DNA of 64,000 nucleotides, from NCBI GenBank assembly GCA_964016885.1, contig OZ024740.1:341372001-341436000 (forward strand). Direction: 5' to 3'. Each line of letters opens with the position of its first letter. Position 1 is the stretch's first letter. The stretch is from Eledone cirrhosa. Its lineage: Eukaryota. Under the pieces are notes generated by a model. It saw only the letters and a program-made list of their open reading frames with translations, did not search any database and had not been told where the DNA came from. This document shows, one piece after another, positions 18,044 to 31,716 of this stretch. The position numbers and the translations under genes were made by a program.

Positions 18044-18985
18044 ATAGGTGATTTTAGAGGCGAGAATTTTTATATTCGACTTCGAATCTCCGCCAGGCAA
18101 AACATAGTTTACAAGGCTTTTTTTTTTAGAAACTCCAATATAATATATTTATCAAACTAGTGTGATGGTGTGACACACCTGTTTTGTACATCTCTACGAA
18201 ATGAGGGAGAAACCCAAGGTATTCACCAGGCGTAATTCCAAACTACCAATGAGAGGCTACAATGAGACTCCGTACACAGTTCCCATGACTGTTAACTTTA
18301 GTTCTTACAATGTATTCAGCCAAGCTTTGTAACTGGTGCCTTTGTGGACACAAGAAGTTCTTATTTATAGGCGTTTTACCACGTCCACTTTTAGTTATGC
18401 GGGGGTATTCAGGGTTTTTTCCCCCACAACACAAACCTTAACACTAACACCTTTAGTTGCAATAGTTGAGTAAACATTTAGTTTCACCCACTTCACAGAA
18501 TGTTTTCGAATATTTCATAAAAAATAAATTGAACAAAACCCCACCCCTACTTCAGAAGAATAATTTGAATATGGTTGCAAGCTAGATTACCTTGTTTCTA
18601 TTTTTCGTAAACATTTCATTTAATATTTTAAGCCCATGTGTATCGTATCTTAATTGTGATTTACACTGCTATACACATTATTAGTGAAACTAAAATTAGT
18701 AAAAATACGTTTAAAAATCTCCAAAATACCGTTACTTTATAATAGAATGTGTTTTGTGTTCTTGAGGAAAATATTTCATTTCATGTTGCCCCAGTATACT
18801 CAGCTGAAAATGAGTACCAGCAATAGTTGGGAGTTTAACCTTGCAAGGGACTGGTGTTCTGTCTTGTGCTCTCTGCCACCTCACTTCACGGAAACTGGGA
18901 TGAGCACTGTCCTGATGAGCCTCTAGGTTCGAGACAGACTTTAGACTTATATAAATATATATATGTTTATATATATATATATATA

Positions 18986-19315
18986 ATTCTTAGACCGGGT
19001 GATGTGTTGTTTCCTTGAGAAAGACACTTTATTTCACATTGCTCCAGTTTACTCAGCTGTAGAAATGAGATGATAGGGACTGGGGTCCCTATCATTCCAC
19101 TGCAAAGTGGTCATGGAGGTGCCACGGCAAAAAAGCACCCAGCCCACACGGTAAAGTGAAGGTGTAGGCGCCACGGGAAAAAAGCACCCAGCACTCACTG
19201 TAAATAAGGTTGGTGTTAGGAAGGGCATCCAGCTGTAGAAATCAAGCCAGAATCAGTTCCCGTCCCACCCTTGCAAGCAGGGAAAAGAGGACGTAAAATG
19301 AAATGAAAATGAATG
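18986..19315 (+). mobile_element. 5'-truncated CORE-type SINE with an RTE family A-derived 3' tail
   Basis: CORE-like CCTTGAGAAAGACACTTTATTTCAC, followed by sequence matching the RTE 3' UTR at 4013-4170. Same family as 51667-51995. Confidence 0.8.
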
Positions 19316-19399
19316 ATATATAAATGTGTGTGTGTGTATAAATATATATATATATATATATAGATATTACATTTCATAATGTTTTCTTTTAGCTATATC

Positions 19400-20000
19400 C
19401 TCCTCCCCCTTCCTTATTCCTGAGAGGGTCATGGTGGCAGAGTCCTCAAACTCTCTTTCCAGTAGGTCCTTTCAGAAGCAGCCATCTCCAACCATCTTGC
19501 TCGGGGTCTACGCCTGGGTTTCCTGCTGGTTGGTTTTGTCTATAAAATCTGTCCAGCGATTCTTTCCTGAGAGATTCTAAATACATGCCTGTAGTATCAA
19601 AGCTGAGATCTCTCAATTCAGAGAAGTAGTAACCCTACCTGGAGTGAGTCTCTGATCTCCAATATACGCACTCTATCGAGTAACGTTACTCCAAAGACCC
19701 TTCAGTGGACCCCCATTTCGGCTGCTTGTATTTGCGATTGTATTCTTTCAGTCATTACCCAAGATTCATGACTATAGGTAAGAGTTGGCATGAATACCAA
19801 ATTGAAGATAGCGAGTTTAGCTTTTTACATCTACCTCCCTTCTTATGATTACCGAATGCTGAAGCTGGTGTACTACTGGAGCAGCTTCTGCAATTCTTGT
19901 ACTTAATTCTGCCCCCTACCTTCCATCACTCATGAACATGGCCCCGAGATACTTGAACATCTCCACCTGCTTTAGTGGAAGTCTATTTACATATAGAGTG
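19400..20000 (-). mobile_element. Expander/Rex3-like RTE fragment (degenerate)
   Basis: Minus-strand peptides MFKYLGAMFMSDGR and PTLTYSHESWVMTERI; homologous to 36100-36800. Confidence 0.75.
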
Positions 20001-20619
20001 CACTTGAGTATTGTATATTACCAATTTCATCCTCAACAAAGTTGGTATAGACACAAATAATGCAAGTGTGATGATAGGAGTCAATAATGGAGTGTAGCAA
20101 AAACTGAAAACTGATATTCCTGCACTTGCTTTAGTGAAATGCACATGTCACTCCCTCCAGTTGGCTTTGTCTCACACCTCCTTGGAATGCTCACCAAGAA
20201 GTTTAGAATTTATAATATCTGAGACACATAAAAAAATTTGCTTATTCATTAACAAGGTAGTTAGCTTACAGAGCCTACTATCAGATAATGAATGAAGATA
20301 AAAGGCCTCTGAAAATCCCTATGATTGGTATCACAAAACATCCAGCCCACACTGTAAAGTGGTTGTGTAGGTGTCACGACAAAAAGGCTGTCGAAACAGC
20401 TTGAGCTCAGCTGTCAGGGTCCTGATTCTTTTCTTGTGATAACACTGGTCTGAGGATCAGGAAGTTTTGGAATCCAGATCACGAGCCAGCTGTTTGGGAA
20501 ACAGGATTGAGCAATAAATCTCTTATGTAACACCTCCACTTTGTTCTTCTTTATATACATATATATATATAGAAGCCAGTGTATTCAAATGTTACATCAT
20601 TTTATTGAAATATTTTGTT

Positions 20620-20678
20620 ACTGTTATATATATTTCAGTGGTATCTATTATGTAATACATGTAGCCTCATCAGACAGC
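20620..20678 (-). ncRNA. Type I hammerhead ribozyme motif (weak helix II)
   Basis: Minus strand: GCTGT-CTGATGA-(30 nt)-GAAA-TATATA-TA-ACAGT; helix I GCTGT/ACAGT; AUA triplet. Confidence 0.5.
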
Positions 20679-21199
20679 TATTGTGTAATCATTTGTTAAA
20701 GATATTTGTCCGAGGCGAGTTTTAATGTTACTCCTTTAACGCCTAGTTGATATATAGATTCAGTATAAGACTCTCTAACTAGCATCACTTGGTGGGGTGT
20801 GTTTATTCAATTCTATTGGTTGATTTTTACTCATCTTCTTGATCATTCCATTTTTGGTTAAAAGTTAATTTGACCTTATAAAGTAGATGTTTTAAAGATG
20901 GTGTGTATTGGAGTATGATATCAGCAGTTCAAAGAATGGTCAATATTTATTTATATATTTATTTATTTAGTTATTCTATTTTTATTTTATAGAGCTAGTA
21001 AGCCATGACAGACTAGGGGAAGTATCGAGTACTTGTTACAGTTGGTATTCAAAAAGAGCTAGTGAGAGAACTAATAAAAAAGAAAGCGAAAGAAAAACTA
21101 AAATAAAAATTTTACAAAAAGGAAAAAAGGGGGAAAATAAAATTTCAAATATTGAAGGCCAGTGGGAGGCAGATTATGCATAAGAAAAGGGGAAAAAAA

Positions 21200-22260
21200 A
21201 AGAGGAAACAAGAGAAGCTGTAAAACAGCTAGAAGTTTCTCTTGTTGAATATTTTTGTAGCTTCCATGTACTCAAAAATTTTGTTTATATTTGGTAGACC
21301 TGTAATCATATATTGAACTTCCAATCTTGCTAGCTTTTTAAAGATTGGTTTCAGCATGGCCTATCTCCCTCAGACTGATAGTTTCTACAATAGAACAAAT
21401 AGTGCCAAAGAATTCCCGGAAAGTCACCACAAGAACATAGAGGTGAATCTCTACGGCCTATTCTTGATAGAATGTAGTTCAAAGGTATATGTCCAGTTCA
21501 AAGCCAGCATAGTCTTTTTTTATTTGCATTACTCAATGATCGATAAGTTTTGAATGTTGTCAAATCTGGTTGAGAAAGTGGTGGATTGAAATTTGTGAGC
21601 TTATCTCTAGATTCTTCCGAAAATGTTTCCTACCCTTAACTAATTATTTGTTTGCTAAATGATTTTACCTGTGAAAGATTTGGGATGTAGTCTATATCTA
21701 TTACTTCCCTTTGTGTTCCTTCTTTTGCTAATTCGTCTGCTTTCCTATATCCTCTAATATCTGTATAGCCCGGTATCCAAATCACTTATTTCTGAGAGGC
21801 AATATCTATTTTTAGCATAGAGTTCTCAAAAACCATTTTTCCAGGGCAATTCCTTTGCTGAATTTATGGATAATGTAATTCCCCACCATTCTGCATCAAA
21901 TATAGTGTAATCCCAATGTAATCTGAAGTTCATGTCTTTATAATTATTTTTGAAAGACCTGTAGCTCCACAACCCATTCCCTTATCTGAATGTGTCTCGG
22001 CAGTATAGCAGACCCAGCTGTTAAAAGAAATTGACCATGTAGTTATGGAGCTCTTTTGCTTCCTCTTTTGTGTTTTTAATCATTATTTTAAATGATTTTA
22101 ATTTTTCTACCCATAAAGTAAGCCAAGTATCATGCTGTTTTCTTTTGTATTTAATCTGAGTAGTTAGCAATTTGCATTTCTTGGACTCTTCTATTAACAA
22201 GTGAGTTAGGGTTAACCATGCTTCATGAAAATTCGCTATCTTGGGAGTAGATCTTACACA
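21200..22260 (-). mobile_element. Degenerate RNase H-containing LINE remnant (I/Nimb/Ingi/R1-type)
   Basis: Minus-strand peptides DYTIFDAE and WIPGYTDIRGYRKADELAKEG match the RNase H motifs TVFxAE and WIPGHxGIxGNExADxLAK. Boundaries approximate. Confidence 0.65.
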
Positions 22261-23107
22261 TCCCAGTATGGTTTTGCCAATTTGGGTACAGAATCTATCA
22301 ATAGCTTGAAGGTAGCTAGTACTTTAGGTATCTGCAGTTGTAGGATTCGTTTTCCCACTGGAGTTTTTTGGGTTTTTTTTTTTCGCATTTGATTGATTTT
22401 TAGAAGTGTTTAATAGAAGAGATATATATGTGTGTTAATGTTTGTATTAGTGTATTGTATTGTTAGAAGTCACCATTAAGCAGTTAAAAGCAATGTTGTG
22501 GTAAATAGCATCATACGACTTTATAATGTTTTAATATATAATTTATTTACAAACCGATTACAAAGGTTTAGCTGAGATGCCAAAAGAAATTAATAAACAA
22601 ATTAAGATGCTGTAAGAGAAGACGCGGTCCGGTGGCTGAAGTGAGAAGCCAGGCCACAGTAAAGTTTGGTAGCTACATTTTGGAATGTTTGTTGAGCAAA
22701 AACAAGAGGTGTTACTTTAACAGGGTCTAGATGCAAAGAGAAAGTTTATCGAAAAGAAGCTGGAATTTCTCCTTCTGAGTGGAAGTTGAGATACATTTCC
22801 TTACGCTGGTAGCGATTGGCTGAACTGAGCCAAACAACGCACGGAAAAAGGTATCTATGTGCCCCAGGAAGGTAGCTTGCTACAGATTTTATGGCACTAA
22901 TACAAGTGTGTTTCAACACTCCTGCTGTTTGTGTGAGACGGTCTGATAACAAAAGCATGCAAACACAGTCAATGTGTGTAGCCACGTAATCACCTCTTCC
23001 TTCCTCAGTTGACATAATTACCCCTTCCTTCTGCAGATGATGTAATCACTCCTTTCTTCCTTCCTCAGTCATATCTACTGCGTTACAGACAAATACACAA
23101 GGCTATT

Positions 23108-23392
23108 TATTATAACAGTAGATTATTTTTTTTATGTTTAGCTATTGTTGGTAGGTTTATGTGATCAGATATTACTGTGTTTGTGGGGTTATTATTATAA
23201 CAGTAGATTATTTTTTTTATGTCTAGCTATTGTTGGTAGGTTTATGTGATCAGATATTACTGTGTTTGTGGGGTTATTATTATAACAGTAGATTATTTTT
23301 TTTATGTCTAGCTATTGTTGGTAGGTTTATGTGATCAGATATTATGTGATCAGATATTATGTGATCAGATATTACTGTGTTTGTGGGGTTAT
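23108..23392. repeat. Minisatellite, ~85-bp unit x3; the third unit contains a 15-bp sub-repeat x3
   Basis: TTATTATAACAGTAGATTATTTT...GTGGGGTTA repeated; (ATTATGTGATCAGAT)n at ~23326-23373. Confidence 0.9.
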
Positions 23393-24029
23393 GTGATGTG
23401 TTATCATATATTACGGTGTTCGTGGGGTTTGCTTCACTTACAAAATTGCCGTTTCTGTAGCGTGTGCCGATTCTTATTGGCGCAGTGTCTTTCCTGAGAG
23501 TGTGATGTTTAGGGTGCGACCTTTTGAGTGCCTCTTTATTTATTTCGTCCTGCTTGTTGACTTCAGGATTATTGGGGTTCGGACAGTTGTTTTTATTTCT
23601 AACGGTTCGCATGACGAATTTAGTTCTCACACTAAATAATGGTTTCTGATTTAGGCATGAGGCCAACAATACACATGTACAGTATATATACTTAATCCCC
23701 GCTCCAATCCCAAAACTGTCATAGAACCGCTGATACTCACACAAACACCAATAATATATACAGCATTTAATCTATCATCATAATATAATAAAAGGAGTGT
23801 AGGACGCGTCCTGAATATATTTTTCTTACTCCGTTTATAAAATAAGTTGGATTTTTAAAAATAAATATTATATAATGTACTAAATTTTGTAACTCTTGAT
23901 TAAATATAAATAATTTTATTGCTTATTTCAAGATTCACTTCTTTTAAAATTTTCAAATGTCAATACTTCTGGTTATGATATAATGGACGTTATATCACAT
24001 CGCTTATATTTCCATCGCTAATTTTCTCA

Positions 24030-25690
24030 TGTGGTACTTTTGATTAATATTCCCTCAACCAAAGGTATGCCTTATGAAGTTAAGAAAACATAACCATAAC
24101 CCGAATATTAAAACAAAAGAGGATGCTGGGGATAAAAACTGCACTATTAACAAAAATCGAAAATGTAAACACTGCAACACTTGTCTCAGAGAAAAACATC
24201 AGCGTAACCAAACTATCAGTTTTTTGAAACAAAGAAATTGGAAGGACATGAAAAAAAAAAAAAAAATGCGTTATCTGTCTGTCATTTAAAATCATTGCTT
24301 CTAAATGAAAATCTCATAAGGCTTTATTCGAGATCAATGTTTTTTTACAAAATATTTGCTTGTTTTACGGTGTATTCAAATAGGCTTGTTTTCAAGTAAA
24401 AATATTGTTTTAAAAGACTTTTTAATGGAAATGAAGCAAAATGGAAGCTTAATTTCGAACTCATGAATTTTGCAGGTTAAAATTTTGCTGGCCCGAAAGT
24501 TGTTCGTGTATTTTTGTACTTTTGCACGCGTGAGAATGACGCTATAAAAGGGAAATAACTCGTCTCTCATCTCTATACATTTGAACTGAAAAATCAATCT
24601 TCTATATATATAAAACTGTGGTTGTCTGTCTGTCTATCGATTTTTGGCACACATCTCCTCTTAGAATCTCTCACGGAATTGCACCGAAATTGCTAGACTT
24701 GTACATTGAGCCCTAGCGAAGACATCGGAAAAAAAATATTTCAAATTGACCCACCCTATGTGACGAAATCGAATATAATGTATCGATTTTTGAGCGTAAG
24801 TTATCAGTTACTTCCCTTTGTTCTGTTTACATTGAGCGTCTTACGTAAACAATTACGCTGGCTTTCTCAGCGTTTAAAATGACATTAACACAATACATTC
24901 CATTTAAAAGCATTTTAAAACAATATTTTTACTTGAAAACAAGTCTATTTAAAGACTACGTAAAACAAGCAAATATTTCGTAAAAAAAAGCAAAAATTAT
25001 ATAAGTTTATTTAAAATATATGTATCTGTAAATTTCGTTAGGCGTGCAGACAGATAGTCGTGCAGAGAGGTGATATACGCGTGCAGACAGATAGTCGTGC
25101 AGAGAGGTGATATAGGCGTGCAGACAGATAGTCGTGCAGAGAGGTGATATAGGCGTGCAGACAGATAGTCGTGCAGAGAGGTGATATAGGCGTGCAGACA
25201 GACATAACTGATAATTTGGTTACGCTAATGTTTTTCTCTGCGTTGCAGTGTTTACATTTTCGATCTTTGTTAATAAATAACCAGTGCAGTTTTTATCCCC
25301 AGCATCCTCTTTTGTTATAACATTCGGGTTACCGTTATGTTTTCTTAACTTCATAAGGCATATTGTTGGTTGAGGGAATATTAATCAAAAACACCACATG
25401 CAAGTCTGCACAGTAGACACTACAATTTTTAAGCCAAAAAAGAAACTTAACATTGTAACTTTAACACAGCTACTGAGCGACCCCGAGCAACGCCGGGCTT
25501 TACTGCTAGTACATTATAAATTAGATTTTCGCACTTGGCGTGAGTCGATTTTAAAATTGTTTTGATCGATGTCTCCGCCGGACCTTCCTCTATAAGTGTA
25601 GCAATTTCACCGAAATTTGAACGTACGGTTTAGGAGATGTGTGCCGACCGTTTTAGTAGACAGACAACCTCAGTTTTATATATATATAGA
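24030..25690 (-). mobile_element. Non-autonomous Helitron (minus strand) interrupted by a related plus-strand Helitron; 3' end not located
   Basis: Minus strand begins A|TCTATATATATATAAAACTGAGGTTGTCTGTC at 25690. 24030-24230 and 24345-24430 are reverse-complement homologues of 25205-25400 and 24895-24990. Confidence 0.7.
24601..25509 (+). mobile_element. Non-autonomous Helitron carrying a 37-bp minisatellite (25041-25203)
   Basis: 5' TCTATATATATAAAACTG; 3' CCCGAGCAACGCCGGG hairpin followed by CTAG|T; unit GGCGTGCAGACAGATAGTCGTGCAGAGAGGTGATATA x4 plus a partial unit. Confidence 0.88.
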
Positions 25691-26354
25691 TATCGTCTTT
25701 TTTAAATGTATCATGGATTACTTTACTGATTAAAGAAGAGAGTGTAACACAGTCTCTCTCTTCAATTTCTGTGCATATTGTCAATTACGATTTTATTTGA
25801 GGTATTATATCTACATGCATATAATATCAATATGCACGCTACACATACTAGCAGAAAAACCACCCAATGGGTGGTTTTTCTGATAGTATCTATTAACATA
25901 ATATTTATAAAAAGAAAGTTTGTTTGTACGTTGACCGCTAATAACACTTTATAAAATCGTTAATAATTAAGGTTTTTCGTATGTTTTCAACTAATCTGAC
26001 CTCCGACATGCTTGCCATCCACTTTTTCTCCGATAACGGAATGGGGGTGGTGGTGGGTGAATGGAATTTCACTGCTCTTTCTAGCACACAGGTACTCTTG
26101 TCTCTAATCTATTCTAAGAGCCATGTCTGTCTCTCCGTCCGTCCTGCTATCTATATAGATAGAAGAAAATACTACACTACCCCACTCTCTTTAACTAACT
26201 AAAACGTAACATGCGAATGAACGAAAAGAATACTGAGTTTTTTTGTTGGGGGGGGGGGGGGGGTGTTGAACAACGTAATACAGACTTTAAAAAAAAAGAC
26301 TTACTATAATGGGTTCTTTATTGGCCACAAGGGCTAACATGAAGAAAAACGTTA

Positions 26355-26690
26355 CACACGGCACAGGATGGTTGTGACTGAACTACAGCCACACATTATC
26401 GAAACCAAAATCTGCACTGGATGTGTTAAGGGAGACATCGTATTTATACCTTGAATACTGCTAATACCTTTCATTTCAAACGATTGCAACTTCCAGTGAG
26501 AGTCAGTTATGCAATGACCATTAACAAGTCGCCAAGGCCAAACACTGAAACTTATCGGTCTCCATCTAAAAAAGGGCTGTTTCTGACATGGTCAATTGTA
26601 TGCAGGTTGTTCCAGAGTAAGAAGCCCTCACAAACTTCATATTTGCTCCAAAGAAAAAAGTGAAAAACGTTGTATATACTGAAGTTCTGT
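26355..26690 (+). pseudogene. Helitron RepHel PIF1-like helicase C-terminal fragment
   Basis: FKRLQLPVRVSYAMTINKS/QGQTLK...F*HGQLYAGCSRV matches the canonical FAMTINKSQGQ and FSHGQLYVALSRV motifs; contains frameshifts and stops. Confidence 0.88.
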
Positions 26691-28090
26691 CAATGGTAGA
26701 ACACATTTTCAATAATTGTTTCTACTTTAGGCACAAGGCCAGCAATTACCTAGTACATTACTGGTGCTTTATTTTCAATCATGCACTACTTAGTCACGAA
26801 AACTGACCCGGAATTTAATGCGTGTGTGATTGGCTGGTTCTTATGACGTCAACGTAGTTTATATATTAAAAAAAATGAAATTCGCCTTCTTTTTCAGTGA
26901 TTTCCATAGTTAATACTTAACTCAAAACGAAACGTTTAATTAAACAACACAAACTATTACTAAATACTACTATTATCACGATAGGATTGATGCCCCTATA
27001 TGTAAAAGCACCCAGAACCCTCGTAGGGGTGGGTGCTGTCAAAACGAAATGTGTAGTGAGCTGTACAACAAATATAATTACTATTACGCTTAAAGTAGAA
27101 AAAAAAAACGTATGAAATTATTTTCCAAAAAAATTAGGTATTATTATAGAACACCTATCACAATTTCAGTAGGCAATAATTATTTTTCTTGTGCTGTCAA
27201 CTAATCTGACATCGTAAATTTATAGAAAAGCACCTGTCGGAGTTCTGTGGGAAAGGAGGAGGAAGACCCTTGGAGTTTTCTTTGGTGGAATTTTCTTTCT
27301 AGGTTTTTTCGTGTTTTCAACGAATCAGACTAACTAATTCATAAGCGACTCCCATTACCGAAAACAGAGGTGATTCTCGCTACAACTGAGTCAGTTCCAT
27401 CCCCATTAAATCCACGTGTTTCATTAAATGATTTCTTATTTAACTTACAAAAATATCTAACATGTGATCTATGATCACATCAGACAGAAATTCTATTTCA
27501 ACTCTCATAAGCTGATTGGTTGAGATAAAAGAAAAGAAAGTTAGCATTAAATACATTGACTTAAGAAAGAGAACAAGCTCTTTCAACAGGTGAGTTTTTT
27601 ATTTTTATTTTTATCATCATTCAGGCACTTATTCTTTTGAGCTTGGATTTTTAAAATCTCTCTATTATGCTTTTCCGATTAAGCATTCAGAGTTTGTATT
27701 TTTTTTTTCTTGTTTTAGAGTTACCCCTCAAGAAAAAAAAAAAAAAGCTAGAAATATAACTATGAAAGATGCATATGCACACACATATATATATATATAT
27801 ATATACACAACTCCACCAGCTCTCTCTTCCATTCTCCCTTTCTCTTTCTATCTACTCTCTCACAACCACTATCTCTTTCTCTCTATCCTTCCCCCCTCTC
27901 TGTTTATGAACGTACCCGGAAAACCCCATATCTCGGGAACCCGTGCTTCGATTTACGCAAAACTTGTTTTTATTCCATTTGTATTACCATTTCAGGGTCA
28001 GCTTCCTTTCAAAGTATTTCTCCATTATGCGCTCTTTGGGCTGTATTACATTACAGACAAGCAAGCAGATATTTAGTATTATATAGATAG

Positions 28091-28527
28091 ATAATTGTTT
28101 CTACGTTAGGCACAAGGCCATCAGTTATCCCAGTGCATTACTGGTACTTTATTTTATCGACCCCGTAAGGATGAAAGGCAAAGTTAACCTCGGCGGGATT
28201 TGAACTCAGAATGGCAAGGACCGTAACTCTATACGTTAAAGCATGGCGTCCGACTCTCTACCAATACTGCCAATCCACCGCTTCTATTATATAGATAGAT
28301 AATGTTTTCTAATTTAGGCACAAGGCCAACAATTTTTGGTGAGGGGGAAAGTCGATTAAATCGACCCAGTGCATTACTGGTACTTTATTTTATCGACCCC
28401 CGTAAGGATGAAAGACAAAGCTAACCTTGGTGGGATTTGAAATCAGAACGTAAAGGGCTATAACTATATGCATATGCCATGAAACACGGTGCCCGACGCT
28501 CTACCGATACTGCCAATAATCCACCAA
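28091..28527 (-). mobile_element. Two tandem tRNA-derived SINEs with a Nin/Deu-like domain
   Basis: Reverse complement of GGTGGATTGGCAGTATCGGTAGAG...GAGTTCAAATCCCGCCGAGGTTAACTTTGCCTTTCATCCTTACGGGGTCGATAAAATAAAGTACCAG...GTAGAAACAATTAT. Confidence 0.85.
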
Positions 28528-28814
28528 TCAATCGAAATTCGAACTCACAGTACAGAGAGCCAGTAGCTTTCAAGCAAGCATGAATATAACGCGATTTCCT
28601 TTACAATATATATAAAAGATCCGCCTCTCTAGGTAAGAAAAATAGTTTTGAGGGGAGGTAATGATGTAGCTAGTTTATCACCCGGGTCAGCCCTTGAGTT
28701 TGTCGCTCAGCCGTTGGGCACTAACACCTTACAACATATATATAAACTACTTTGTGAGTAGTGACCCTAAAAGTAATATAAGCTGACAGTGTTAGCTTGG
28801 AAAGTATTTAAAAG

Positions 28815-30745
28815 AAAATTAGAAAACAAATTTAAGTTAATTAGAAAACAAGTCATGGTTATCAAATAAATTAGATTTAATCATTTATATTTTCATAGTC
28901 ATGGTTATCAATTTCATGTATAGTGTTGGTGAAAAAAATTTGGCACTACAACGCTATTAGCTGTCAGTGGAAGTTACTCGTCAAACATCGTTTATTTCCG
29001 TTTTACTACCACGCGTAAGTGGAGTTTTCACGCGGTTTTTAGAGAGAGGGGGGGGGGGGGAGACTTAAAAGGGCCAAATTAGAAAACAAATAGAAAAAAC
29101 AAATAGACAACAAGTCATGGTTATAAAGCATATCGATGTAAGTGGAGTTACTTAAATGAAAATATAGGGCCACCTATATTTTCATTTAAGTAACTCCACT
29201 TACATCGATATGCTTTATAACCATGACTTGTTTTCTATTTGTTTTCTAATTTGGCTCTTTTAAGCCCCCCCCCCCCTCTATCTCTCCCCCCCCCCCCCTA
29301 TCTCTAAAAAACGCGTGAAAACTCCACTTACGCGTGGTAGTAAAACGGAAATAAACGATGTTTGACGAGTGACGTCATCTTCGGTTGCTTCCATTGACAG
29401 CTAATAGCGTTGTAGTGCCACAACTTTGATAACCATATATTTGTTTTCTAATTTGGCCCTTTTAAGGGCCACCTGTATGGAATAATACGGAAATAGCACG
29501 GTAGTGCCAAAAAATTTATATTAGCAGTAAATATGGCTCATTTCAATCACCCTAAATATTTTTTTAAAATTTGGATGCCGAGTTGGATTTGTTTGGTTGG
29601 TTGAATGTTAAAACCTAGCAATCTTCAATAGAAAACGGCCTAGTTTTATAGTTCAATTTTTGTTGCTGATATAAGAAATTTCCAAACTGGTAGACAATCA
29701 GCAGAAACTGATGTTTGAAAGAATTTTTTGTAAAAAGTCAAAAATAAAAAAAGTTACCGTATGTTTCGTACACTAAAACGAAATTAGCAAAATGGAAGAG
29801 GGTCTTAAAAAAAAAAAATTTGAATTTTTTTTTTTTGCAGTTTCCGTAATCGATATTTATAATAAAAAAAATGGTACTACAGCCGAAGGTGACGTCATTC
29901 GTCAAACATCGTTTATTTCCATATTACTACCACGCGTAAGTGGAGTTACTTAAATGAAAATAACACGCGTTTTTTTTTTTATTAAAGCATATCGATGTAA
30001 GTGGAGTTACTTAAATGAAAATATAGGTGGCCCTTAAAAGGGCAAAATTAGAAAACAAATTTAAGTTAATTAGAAAACAAGTCATGGTTATCAAATAAAT
30101 TGGATTTAATCATTTATATTTTCATAGTCATGGTTATCAATGTAGAAAACAAGTCATTTTCACCAATAGTGGAGTTAACAGCAGATACCATCAATCTCCA
30201 TGGGGACTGTCTCTTGTCTCTATGTGGACTGATGCTTTTGATAAAGGGTTGGTGAAAAAAATTTGATAACCATAAATTTTTCTTATTTGGCCCTTTTTTA
30301 AGGGCCACCTATATTTTCATTTAAGTTAACTCCACTGTTGGTGAAAATGACTTGTTTTCTACATTAATAACCATGACTATGAAAATATAGTTCATGGTAT
30401 TAGCTGTCAGAAGTAACTCCACTGTTGGTGAAAATGACTTGTTTTCTACATGACTATGAAAATATAAATGATTAAATCCAATTTATTTGATAACCATGAC
30501 TTGTTTTCTAATTAACTTAAATTTGTTTTCTAATTTGGCCCTTTTAAGGGCCACCTATATTTTCATTTAAGTAACCACTTACATCTATATGCTTTAATAA
30601 AAAAAAAAAAAAAAAAAAAAGCGTGAAAAAAAAAATAAATTTCATTTAAGTAACTCCACTTACGCGTGGTAGTAATACGGAAATAAACGATGTTTTGCTT
30701 TCATCGGCTGCTTCGACTGACAGCTAATAGCGTTGTAGTGCCAAA
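28815..30745. repeat. Compound inverted-repeat (foldback-like) cluster of reshuffled modules
   Basis: Palindrome 28941-29420 centred on AATATAGG-GCCA-CCTATATT (~29170); second palindrome ~29870-30742; recurrent TTAAGGGCCACC and GGTGGCCCTTAA motifs. Confidence 0.8.
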
Positions 30746-30847
30746 AAAATTACCTCTTAAAATTATTGCAAATCAGTGCCCACTCTGAATATTATGTCCC
30801 ACATCACCAAATCTTCGCGACGGACTTGATATCATTTAATATTATTT

Positions 30848-31290
30848 AGAGGGTCGGACGCCATGCTTTCCAGCATAGTTACGTCTCTTTACGATCTGAG
30901 TTCAAATCCCGCCGAGGTTGACTTTGCCTTTCATCCTTACGGGGTCGATAAAATAAAGTACCAGTAATGTACTGGATAATTGCTGGTCTTGTGCCTAAAG
31001 TAGAAACAATATTATTTAGCGGTGGATTGGCAGTATCGGTAGAGGGTCGGATGGCATGCATTCCAGCATAGTTACGTCCCTTAACGATCTGAGTTCAAAT
31101 CCCGCTGAATTACTTTGCCTTTCATCCTTACGGGGTCAATAAAATAAAGTACCAGTAATGCACGGGGAAATTGCTGGCCTTGTGCCAAAAAGTAGAAACA
31201 ATTATTTAACTTTGCCTTCCATCCTTACGGGGTCGATAAAATAAAGAACCAGTAATGCTGGCCTTGTGCCAAAAGTAGAAACAATATTAT
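30848..31290 (+). mobile_element. Three head-to-tail Nin/Deu-domain SINE copies (truncated, full, truncated)
   Basis: Repeated CTTTGCCTTTCATCCTTACGGGGTCGATAAAATAAAGTACCAG and GTAGAAACAAT tail; pol III B box GAGTTCAAATCCC. Confidence 0.85.
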
Positions 31291-31716
31291 TTTTATATTT
31301 TTTTAAAATTTATTTACTAAATTTATTACAGACGTAGAATATAATGCTTACAGAACGAAAACACAAACACATAATATATACAAATATAAAAGAGAGATAA
31401 AAATAAAACATAAGGGGGGGGGGGGCAGTTCACCACTAAGTACGACATAATCAACTAAATGTTTGCAGTTCATATTTCTATGAATAACAATTAAAAAAAT
31501 ATATAGTGTGATCAATGATGCTGTTGGAAGTGATCTTTCAAAAATATCTAAACCAGCACAAACGGCTTGGAATTTCCCATGTATAATGACTAGAAATTGT
31601 AGAGTTCTGGTCGCCTGTCTTATAAGCACATGGAAGAAGAAAAAAAAACGAGATGCTAGCAATAAGTCACAACTTTATGTTTGGAAATGAAAGAATTTCT
31701 TCATTATTGAAAAACC

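Noticed and set aside
18905-18945. CTGATGAGCC...GAGAC hammerhead-like string
   Set aside because: GAGA instead of GAAA and no helix I partner; it sits in a degenerate SINE tail.
23280-23744. 154-aa minus-strand ORF
   Set aside because: No recognisable domain; its C-terminus is generated by the local minisatellite.
25041-25203. 37-bp repeats resembling a CRISPR array
   Set aside because: Units are contiguous with no unique spacers, lie inside a Helitron, and the DNA is eukaryotic with no cas genes.
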